Positions 53,972-64,000 of a stretch of DNA of 64,000 nt are shown in pieces. A model generated the notes under the pieces. It saw nothing but the letters and a program-made list of their open reading frames with translations, made no database searches and was not told where the DNA came from. Each line of letters begins with the position of its first letter. Within the stretch, counting starts at the first letter, position 1. The translations under genes were made by a program, and so were the position numbers. The stretch is taken from the NCBI GenBank assembly GCA_951406725.2, contig OX597816.1:53630001-53694000 (forward strand). The letters are read 5' to 3'. This stretch comes from Octopus vulgaris (taxonomy: Eukaryota).

Positions 53972-54059
53972 AATATGGAACGCTTCACGAATTTGCGTGT
54001 CATCCTTGCACAAGGCCATGCTAATCTTCTCTGTATCATTCCAATTTTAGAATATGTAC
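53972..54059 (-). pseudogene. U6: U6 snRNA retrocopy (5' hairpin missing)
   Basis: Minus: GTACATATTCTAAAATTGGAATGATACAGAGAAGATTAGCATGGCCTTGTGCAAGGATGACACGCAAATTCGTGAAGCGTTCCATATT, with ACAGAGA box and AGC triad. Confidence 0.95.
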
Positions 54060-55844
54060 CCCCATTTCCTTTCCAGAAGAATTGCCCACTGGATTTTTTT
54101 GTTCCTGATCATGTTTTTCCTTCAGGCATCAACCAACAGATATTCAACCTAAACACACACCGCAGTTGACCTCACCTGTCTGGAAGAGCTTATAAAGTTC
54201 ATGAATTACTACCTCTCCTTTCTCTTCCAACCAAATTGTGATAAAAATTATAGTGGTTATAATAAAATCATTCACTATACATTTATGAATAATTATCTAA
54301 TTTATAGATGTTCCAAATTATAATCAGATCAAGCAAAAATTAATTTCCATCAAATTATGATAGTTTTTTTTTATAATGATTGAACAGTGTTAAATTAGGC
54401 AGAATGAAGGGGAAAAAAAACTTTATTTAAGTGCTGTAATCAGTGTGGCCACTGTACATTTCTGCCAAGAAATAATTGCATAGCAACTCTGTGAAAAACA
54501 CCTAATTTTCCTTTGCCTCATAAATGCTGGACATCAGATGTCATATATCATAGTATTTTAAATATGTTTATGAAAAACTGAAAATATCTATGCGTTAAAA
54601 TTACATTTTTTTAATAATTGGCCGAAGTTCCAGAGTAACTCCAGGGCCAAGATTTTTGTGTGTTGGCACTTATCAAACTGGTTTCTAATCAAGGGTTCAT
54701 AAATTTATATACTGGTGATAATGGTATACCCCTGGTTTATTCTGGAACAAATTATTAAAATAGTTATAGCATTACATGTATAATGCATTAAAAAACATGT
54801 ATATACACATTTTGAGTTCTATTTTCCTGTTTGCATCACCAACCTTATGTATTAAGTTTATCTAGCTATTTGTTATCTATTTATCTAGCTATTTGTTAAC
54901 AATTTATCAATTTGTTATCAGTTCTGAAATGGCATTATTTTGTTTTTGTTTTATATTTTGTTGGGGGTTTTTTTGTGCTTCCAAAAAAAAAAACATTAAA
55001 AACATTTTTGAATTGTTAATGAGAATAAAAACAAATCATGTGAAAATTTAAGTAAAGATAGAGTAATTACTGATTTTTTTTCTCTAAAGATATTCCTAAA
55101 ACTGTAAACTAGATTAGGATTCAATGAATAATAAATACATAGTGTTGTGGTTTATCCTTTTAGATCCTATTTAGCATTTATAAATTTATAATAATTTAAA
55201 TTAATAGACATAGAATCACACATCATTCAATCCAGGTTAGATCTGATTGAACAGATAGTAAAGGGTGTTCCTGCTTATCATCCTCTGTATTTTTGTATAT
55301 CTAGGATAGCATTATTGTCTAGTGTATCTTTTTTTTTTTGTTTAAGATAGTAGGTTGGGACTTGAGGTAATTCAGCTGCTATTTCTGACATGTTAGGCAA
55401 CCACAAATGAGCTCCATCAATCTCATATTAGCTGGAATGACATTGTTGTTAATGCTGTAGTTTAACACCAGTAATCCCTTTTTATCTAACATAAACAGCT
55501 TTATATAAAAAATTCCTTACCACATATCTACATTCTTTTCTACGCAAGGCACAAGGCCCAAAATTTGGTGGGAAGAGGGGAAGACGGTTAGATTGAGCCC
55601 AGTACCGAACTGGCACTTAATTTATTGACCCCAAAAGGATGAAAGTTAAAGCTGACCTCGGCAGAATTCGAACTCAGAATGTAAAGACAGAGGAAATACT
55701 GCTAAGCATTTCACCTTGTAAGCTAATGTTTCTGCCAGCTCACTGCCTTACCACATACCTACATTGTGCAAGGATGATACTCTTCGAGTGTCCTATATTT
55801 AACACAATTTTCCTATCTTACTGTAAGGGCTACCTGGCAAAAGC

Positions 55845-56238
55845 AATGGCAGTGGCGGCGGTCGGCGGTCGGCAATGGTAGCAACGATGGCGGTAGCGGC
55901 AATGGCGGTGGTGGCAGCGATGGCGGTGGTGGCAGCAATGGCGGTGGTGGCAGCGATGGCGGTGGTGGCAGCGATGGCAGTGGTGGCAGCGATGGCAATG
56001 GCGGCGGCGATGGCGGTGGTGGCGGTCGGCGATGGTGGCAACGATGGCAGTGGCGGCGGTCAGCGATGGTGTCAACGATGGCAGTGGCGGCAATGGCGGT
56101 GGTGGCAGTGATGGCGGTGGTGGCAGCGATGGCGGTGGTGGCAGCGATGGCGGTGGTGGCAGCGATGGCGGTGGTGGCAGCGATGGCGGTGGTGGCAGCG
56201 ATGGCGGTGGTGGCAGCGATGGCGGTGGTGGTGGTGGT
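55845..56238. repeat. 18-bp GC-rich minisatellite (GGCAGCGATGGCGGTGGT)n
   Basis: Directly visible. Confidence 0.9.
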
Positions 56239-56764
56239 GTTATACACGACAGGCTTTCACACAATCTCTGTCTACCAAATTCCATAGACATAATAACGGC
56301 CCATAGTGTCCTTCGGAATGGGACTGAACCTGGAACAACATAGCCTGTATATGAACTTCTCACTCACACAATCATTTCATCATGTCAAGAATTCAGGTGA
56401 GACAGAGTAATTATGTTAAATATTTAGTCAATTAATTTTTTCACTTCTTAGACAAGTACAAGAATTCATAACCTGTCTCTTTAAATACACACTGAAAACA
56501 ATATAAAACAATATAAAGCTCAGATAAAAATTTATGAAAGTGAATGAAATTAATTCAAATACAAGGCATAAACATATTATTAACAGATACTTTACAAATT
56601 GTTCATTGAAATAATACCTTTAATTGCAGCGATTAAAAGCTAATGAATTATTGCAAACAGAAGTTATAATTCAAATAAGCTCAATCAGATTTTTCATTAA
56701 AAATTTCTTTTCCAACGAGGGATCCTCTACATGGTTACTCAACCTGCTAAAAGTAACAGACAAT

Positions 56765-57205
56765 TCCGTGCCAGTGGAGCACTAACAGCTCCATCCGTGT
56801 GGGATCTCTGCCAGAGCAGCTGTCTGGCTTCCATGCCGGTGGCACATAAAAATCACCATTTGAGCGTGATCATTACCAGCGTTGCCTTACTGGCACTTGT
56901 GCCAGTGGCATGTGAACAAAACATTCAAGCGAGGTCATTGCCAGTAACGCTGTACTGACTCCTATGCAGGTGGCATATAAAAAACACCATTCTGATCGTG
57001 GCCATTGCCAGTACCACACCAGACTGGCCCTCGTGCTGGTGGCACATAAAAGCACCCACTACACTCTCGGAGTCGTTGGTGTTAGGAAGGGCATCCAACT
57101 GTAGAAACTCTGCCAGATCAGATTGGAGCCTGGTGCAGCCATCTGGTTTGCCAGTCCTCAGTCAAATCGTCCAACCCATGCTAGCATAGAAAGCGGACGT
57201 TAAAC

Positions 57206-57239
<34 letters not shown>

Positions 57240-57240
57240 G
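56765..57240 (+). mobile_element. RTE 3'UTR with five hairpin repeat units and (GAT)n tail
   Basis: RTGCC(A/G)GTGGCAC/T..TAAAA..CACC about every 65 nt, then the shared tail. Confidence 0.75.
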
Positions 57241-57249
57241 TGGTGTTGG

Positions 57250-57280
<31 letters not shown>

Positions 57281-57615
57281 CTTTTATAAGGAGAGAACAC
57301 ATTAGATTAAAAAAAAATTCTAACCTAAAAGCTTGGGTTGGTCATGATTGAAATCATTTTGATAATAGGTCTGCTTCATCTGGATTGACCATGGGTTAAA
57401 CAATTGCAACGATAATGGTGACAACAATAATATCTACTATATCTAATTAGCGTCATATCATACACAACGATTCTTTATTTTTACTTTGTTTTTCATAATT
57501 ATACTTCATGATAATTGAAAACAGATAATGTAAAGAAAAGAAAATCATGGACATTGTTTCCTTCATTGAAATCCTGAAAATGTCATATTGATATTAGTTA
57601 ATATAAATCTTAATC

Positions 57616-57646
<31 letters not shown>

Positions 57647-57915
57647 CATGTGTGGAGGCATGTGGTTTAGTGGTTAGGGTGTCAGCACCATGATCGTAAG
57701 ATTGTGATTTCGATTCCTGGACCAGGCGATGTGTTGTGTTCTTGAGCAAAACACTTCATTTCACGTTGCTCCAGTCCACTCAGCTGGCAAAAATGAGTAA
57801 CGCTGCGATGGACTGGCGTCCCATCCAGCTGCGGAACACATACACCATTGAAACCAGGAAATTGGGCCCATGAGCCTGGCTAGACTTTAAAAGGGTGCAT
57901 TTATTTTATTTTATT

Positions 57916-60290
57916 ATCATCATCATTTAACGTCCGCTTTCCATGCTAGCATGGGTTGGACGGTTCAACTGGGGTCTGGGGAGCCCGAAAGCTGCACCAG
58001 TCCAGTCAGATCTGGCAGTGTTTCTACAGCTGGATGCCCTTCCTAACGCCAACCACTCCGAGAGTGTAGTGGGTGATTTTATGTGCCACCGACACAGGTG
58101 CCAGACGAGGCTGGCAAACGGCCACGCTCGGATGGTGTTTTTTATGTGCCACCGACACAGGTGCCAGACGAGGCTGGCAGACGGCCACGCTCGGATGGTG
58201 TTTTTATGTGCCACCGACACAGGTGCCAGATGAGGCTGGCAAGCGGCCACGATCGGATGGTGTTTGTTACGTGCCCACAGCACGGAGGCCAGTCGATGCG
58301 GTACTGGCTACGGCCACGTTCGGATGGTTTTCTTGTGTGCCACGTGCCACCGGCACTGGTACCACAAAGATACAAATTCCATTGATGTTCATCTATTTTG
58401 ATTTGTTTTGATTTGATTTGATTTTCACTTGCCTCAACAGGTCTTCACAAGTGTCACAAGAAGGAAGGTATGCACAGGTGGACTGACTACGTCCCAGGTA
58501 GGGGCCACAGGTTATGGCCCGACTAGTCTTGCCGGGTCTTCGGATGGTGTTTTTATGTGCCACCGACACAGGTGCCAGATGAGGCTGGCGAACGGCCACG
58601 ATCGGATGGTGTTTGTTACGTGCCCACAGCACGGAGGCCAGTCGGTGCGGTACTGGCTACGGCCACGTTCGGATGGTTTTCTTGCGTGCCACCGGCACTG
58701 GTACCACAAGATACAATTCCATTAATGTTCATCTATTTTGATTTGTTTTGATTTGATTTGATTTGATTTGTTTTGATTTCATTTTGATTTTCACTTGCCT
58801 CAACAGGCCTTCACAAGTGTCACAAGAAGGAAGGTATGCACATGTGGACTGACTACGTCCCAGGTAGGGGCCACAGGTTATGGCCTGACTAGTCTTGCCG
58901 GGTCTTCGGATGGTGTTTTTATGTGCCACCGACACAGGTGCTAGATGAGGCTGGCGAACGGCCACGATCGGATGGTGTTTGTTATGTGCCCACAGCACGA
59001 TGGCCAGTCGATGCGGTACTGGCTACGGCCACGTTCGGATGGTTTTCTTGCGTGCCACAAGATACAATTCCATTAATGTTCATCTATTTTGATTTGTTTT
59101 GATTTGATTTGATTTGATTTGTTTTGATTTCATTTTGATTTTCACTTGCCTCAACAGGCCTTCACAAGTGTCACAAGAAGGAAGGTATGCACAGGTGGAC
59201 TGACTACGTCCCAGGTAGGGGCCACAGGTTATGGCCTGACTAGTCTTGCCGGGTCTTCGGATGGTGTTTTTATGTGCCACCGACACAGGTGCTAGATGAG
59301 GCTGGCGAACGGCCACGATCGGATGGTGTTTGTTATGTGCCCACAGCACGATGGCCAGTCGATGCGGTACTGGCTACGGCCACGTTCGGATGGTTTTCTT
59401 GCGTGCCACCGGCACTGGTACCACAAGATACAATTCCATTAATGTTCATCTATTTTGATTTGTTTTGATTTGATTTGATTTGATTTGTTTTGATTTCATT
59501 TTGATTTTCACTTGCCTCAACAGGCCTTCACAAGTGTCACAAGAAGGAAGGTATGCACAGGTGGACTGACTACGTCCCAGGTAGGGGCCACAGGTTATGG
59601 CCTGACTAGTCTTGCCGGGTCTTCGGATGGTGTTTTTATGTGCCACCGACACAGGTGCTAGATGAGGCTGGCGAACGGCCACGATCGGATGGTGTTTGTT
59701 ATGTGCCCACAGCACGGAGGCCAGTCGATGCGGTACTGGCTACGGCCACGTTCGGATGGTTCTCTTGTGTGCCACCGGCACTGGCACCACAAAGATACAA
59801 ATTCCATTGATGTTCATCTATTTTGATTTGATTTGATTTGATTTTCACTTGCCTCAACAGGTCTTCACAAGTGTCACAAGAAGGAAGGTATGCACAGGTG
59901 GACTGACTAGTCTTGCCGGGTCTTCGGATGGTGTTTTTATGTGCCACCGACACAGGTGCCAGATGAGGCTGGCGAACGGCCATGATCGGATGGTGTTTGT
60001 TACGTGCCCACAGCACGGAGGCCGGTCGATGCGGAACTGGCTACGGCCACGTTCGGATGGTTCTCTTGTGTGCCACCGGCACTGGTACCACAAAGTGTGT
60101 GCCACCGGCACTGGTACCACAAAAATACAGATTCCATTGATGTTCATCTATTTTGATTTGTTTTGATTTTGATTTTGATTTTCACTTGCCTCAACAGGTC
60201 TTCACAAGTGTCACAAGAAGGAAGGTATGCACAGGTGGACTGACTACGTCCCAGGTAGCGGCCATGGGTTATGGCCTGACTAGTCTTGCC
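57916..60290 (-). repeat. RTE 3'UTR with six tandem 337-366-bp units
   Basis: TTCACTTGCCTCAACAGG at 58424, 58790, 59141, 59507, 59844, 60181; single tail at about 57916-58080. Confidence 0.88.
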
Positions 60291-60333
60291 GATATAAATA
60301 TATACATGCATACATAAATACATATATTACATT

Positions 60334-60382
<49 letters not shown>

Positions 60383-60844
60383 ATACACACACACACATAT
60401 ACATACATACATACACCTTAGGGTATTGCAAAAGACCTGGTTGGAAGACCAACCTTCTGAGTTCTCTTTATAGGGCTCAGAAAAACTGAAGGATGGCTGC
60501 AATAAGTGTGTGAATCTGAGAGGGGAATAAGTTGAAAAAAAATCATAACTAACTCCTGCATTTTCACCAACACCAGGAACTTTGCAGTGCCTCCTCATAT
60601 CCATACATACATACATACATACATACATACATACATACATACATACATACATACATACATACATACATGTGTGTGTGTGTGTGGGTGTACATATATGTGC
60701 ATGATTATCACCACTGCACAATCTGTGTTATTTGTGTGCATTCCCCTATAACTTTGTAGGTCAGTTAAAAGAGACTGTTAGAGTGAGTACCAGACTTGCA
60801 AACCCTTCAACACAGTGCCCCAGTATGACTGTAGTCTTAAAAAA

Positions 60845-61340
60845 ATAATAATAATGATAATGAAATTATTGTATACAGTGCTCAGGTGCACCACAACTTG
60901 TCAGAAAGTGCGTATAAAGTATATGCAGTAATGTACAAATGTCTGGAAAACGAACAATGTATGAGTCAGATACATGCTTGCGTGTGTATGGAGGGGAAAA
61001 AATTAGGTGTAGTGTTGGCAAATCTCAGGAAGCATGGATGTTTTGAAGGATGCAGTGCTCCAACAACTAACAACTGATGCCGGCAGTTTGTTCCATGCTT
61101 CAGCAACTCTCAGCGTGAAAAAATGTTTCCGAAAGTCATGGGAGCTGTGCTGTTTTCTGACTTTGTAAACATGTCCACGGGTGTTAGACAGGTAGACTTT
61201 GAAAAGGTGCTCAGAGTTATTGTTTGTAAGATGGTTAATAATTTTATGGGTGTTTGCTAAGTCAGCTGCCAGACGTCAGAGTTTCAATGTGTCCATGCCC
61301 AGGGAAGTAAGGCGTTCAGAATATGGCAAATGCCTGATGG
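60845..61340 (-). mobile_element. CR1-group LINE 3' fragment with (ATT)n tail
   Basis: Minus frame RLAADL..HKII..TRGHVYK..FRKHFFTLRVAEAWNKLP. Confidence 0.75.
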
Positions 61341-61566
61341 AGGGTGGATGGGCAAGGCATCTTGTTATAGAAAAATCTGCCTCAATGAACTCCTTCCAAC
61401 CCATGGTGTTCCATCCAGGTGGGGAATATACCATGAAACCAGTCATGACTCAAGAAAGTAACTTTACCTTTACCTTTACAAATATTTTACCTGTTTTGTG
61501 TTCAATATGGCTATATCCAGTTTCTCACACCTGACCTACAATTTCATTCTAAAACCAAACAATCAT

Positions 61567-61729
61567 AGGTGTAGGAGTGGCTGTGTGGTTTGTAGCTTGC
61601 TTACCAACCACATGGTTCTGAGTTCAGTCCCACTGCATGGCACCTTGGGCAAGTGTCTTCTGCTATAGCCTTGGGCCGACCAAAGCCTTGTGAGTGGATT
61701 TGGTAAACAGAAACTGAAAGAAACCTGTC

Positions 61730-61804
<75 letters not shown>

Positions 61805-62290
61805 GTTAATCCAAACAAGAAAGCACAAAAAAACACAACAACGCGAGGACCTGGAACAAATATAGTATTATTGGACGCTCAGGAAAGAAGGAAAGAAGGA
61901 GGGTTTAACGTTTTGAGCGGAGCTCTTCGTCAGAAACATAGGAGAAGGAAAGATCCAGAGAAGGAAAGACAGAGGAAAAAAATCGCCAACGGTACACACG
62001 AGGTCACATTTTGAAAAAAAAAAAAAAGGGAAAAAAAAATATAATATGCGTGTGTGTGTGTATGTTTGTGTGTCTGTGTTTGTCCTCCCAACATCGCTTG
62101 ACAACCGATGCTGGTGTGTTTACAACCCCGTAACTTAGCGGTTCAGCAAAAGGGACCGATAGAATAAGTACTAAGCTTACAAAGAATAAGTCCTGGCGTC
62201 GACTTGCTTGGCTAAAGGTGGTGCTCCAGCATGGCCATGGTCAAATGACTAAAACAAATAAAAGAGTAAAAGAGTTAAGGAGTAAAGAGT
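61567..62290 (+). mobile_element. SINE family A interrupted in (TA)n by a hammerhead-bearing PLE-type fragment (61810-62010)
   Basis: Insert homologous to 48095-48300; minus 61904-61936 TTT CTGACGA AGAGCTCCGCTC aAAA CGTT AAA. Confidence 0.75.
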
Positions 62291-62734
62291 AAATCACATA
62301 ATTGAAATCTCAAAGCTACATGATAACGCATGGTTAATTCAAAACAATATGAATAGATAAGCTTTACATTTGACAGAATAATCTGAATGCCAAAGGGTTA
62401 GAGATACCAATTGACAAGAATCAAGTCCACAAAGCTATCACGTTTTGGACATATGATATACTAGGTGTTATTTCCCAAGACTATCCTGACAGGAAGGTGA
62501 GGAGGATGAAGAGAGCAAGATGCCATCAAAGATGTTTGGGAATTGATAATATCAAAGAATGAACTGGAAATAGGAGCCTGGATAATTGTTGGTATACAAC
62601 AGAACTCAGAGGGAGCTGGAGATTGTGGGCAAGCCAGCCCTTGGACACATGGAGGCAATCAAGCTGAAGATGATGTTTTAAGTAATCAAAATGACTCTAC
62701 CAAAATGCTACAGTCTCTCATTCATCACACACAC

Positions 62735-62919
62735 TTTTACTCTTTTGCTTGTTTCAGTCATATGACTGCAGCCATGCTGGAGCACCGCCTTTAGTCAAGC
62801 AAATCGACACCGGGACTTATTATTTGTAAGCCTAGTACTTATTCTATCTGTCTCTTTTGCCACACCACCATCGGTTGTCAAGTGATGTTGGGGGGACAAA
62901 CACAGATGCACAAACATAT

Positions 62920-62957
<38 letters not shown>

Positions 62958-63130
62958 ATATATACGACAGGCTTCCTTCAGTTTTCCATCTACCAAATCT
63001 ACTCACAAGGCTTTGGTCGGCCTGAGGCTATAGTAGAAGACACTTGCCCAAAGTGCCACGCAGTGGGAGTGAACCTGAAACCATGTGGTTGGTAAGCTAG
63101 CTACTTACCACACAGCCACTCATGCACCTA
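62735..63130 (-). mobile_element. SINE family A
   Basis: Reverse complement of the consensus. Confidence 0.8.
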
Positions 63131-64000
63131 TGTGACAATATGTTTTATTTCATATCAAACATGTGCAAGAAAAGCATATAACAAAATTAGTCTCTGAATA
63201 TTAAATAAGTTCGCAAACAATTTTTATATGCTAACAAACAGAAAAAAAATTCAAAGTAAAGAAACCAAAATAAATATGAATATTTTTTTAATTTGATAAA
63301 ACGTTTCCAATCTATCTGTATCCTTTTTGCATTTTTATTCTTTCTTTATTCTTTTTAACATTATCAAAAACATATTTTCAGATATTTCATATTTTACTTT
63401 CTCTGAAATGATTATTCTCAAATATTAAATTTACTTTAATGAAAAAAAACATTACTAATGCTAGATTCTCAATTGAATTTTCAATTTGCCAGCATTTTTG
63501 AAGATTATCTGTATTTTGGCCGTTGTATTTCCACTAGCAACTGATTTTCTTTGTTTATTGTTACCTCCCCTTCCTCCTCACATTTTGCAATTAATTTTCT
63601 CTCATATCCTCTATTTTCACTCTACCTACTCAGCACTACAAGCATAAATACACACACACACACACACACTCTCTCTCTTTCTCTCTTCTCCTTCCTAGAC
63701 AAAGGGTTCTACTGCTCAAAATATTAAGCATCTCTTTTTCCTCACAACTAAAATAATTTATTCTACTATGCAAACTTTCAGTAGAATTTCTTGTATCCAT
63801 GGCCACTTTAGTTTTGAAGTCTGCAGGACATTTTTTCCAAAGTTAAATAATTTATTAAACTTAATAAATCATTAAACACCAAGCTGAGTACAAGCTACCA
63901 GAAATGATCTCTACGTAAATATCAGTGGATTCTCAATCATTTGTATTAGATTTACCGATGTTTAAAAATCTTGTAAATGTCATATTTTAATAGGTTTGTT

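Noticed and set aside
53972-54059. Functional U6 gene
   Set aside because: 5' hairpin and terminator T-run missing, several substitutions, fused to a LINE tail
55799-56363. Antifreeze-glycoprotein-like (TAIAAT)n ORF
   Set aside because: 18-bp minisatellite open in many frames, and the ORF starts fall in a SINE remnant or the repeat itself
57927-60166. Repeated 65-118-aa ORFs, or a CRISPR array
   Set aside because: They are translations of an RTE 3'UTR tandem; eukaryotic context, no cas genes, and units are near-identical rather than unique spacers

Overview
AT-rich, microsatellite-saturated animal DNA, most likely an octopus intron or intergenic region (inferred from the SINE and RTE-tail families). 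No host protein-coding gene can be supported, and most long ORFs in the track are microsatellite translations. The window holds tRNA-derived SINEs, fragments of RTE, R4/Dong, HERO-like and CR1 LINEs, Tc1/mariner relics, MITEs, non-autonomous Helitrons and several Penelope-like elements (PLEs). The main signal is a hammerhead-ribozyme (HHR) retroelement assemblage. (1) A very young, nearly intact PLE at 42258-46178 (RT + C-terminal GIY-YIG, Hydra-like) has an upstream direct repeat that begins within about 2 nt of the predicted cleavage site of its own HHR. (2) Three different PLE families share a non-canonical CCGAAGA HHR core. (3) A tRNA-headed SINE carries a minimal HHR. Also notable are a U6 snRNA/RTE-3'UTR chimera, a hairpin repeat-spacer array in RTE 3'UTRs, a six-unit tandem amplification of an RTE 3'UTR, and several long inverted repeats. 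Family names come from motif recognition only, no database search was run, and repeat boundaries are approximate unless stated.
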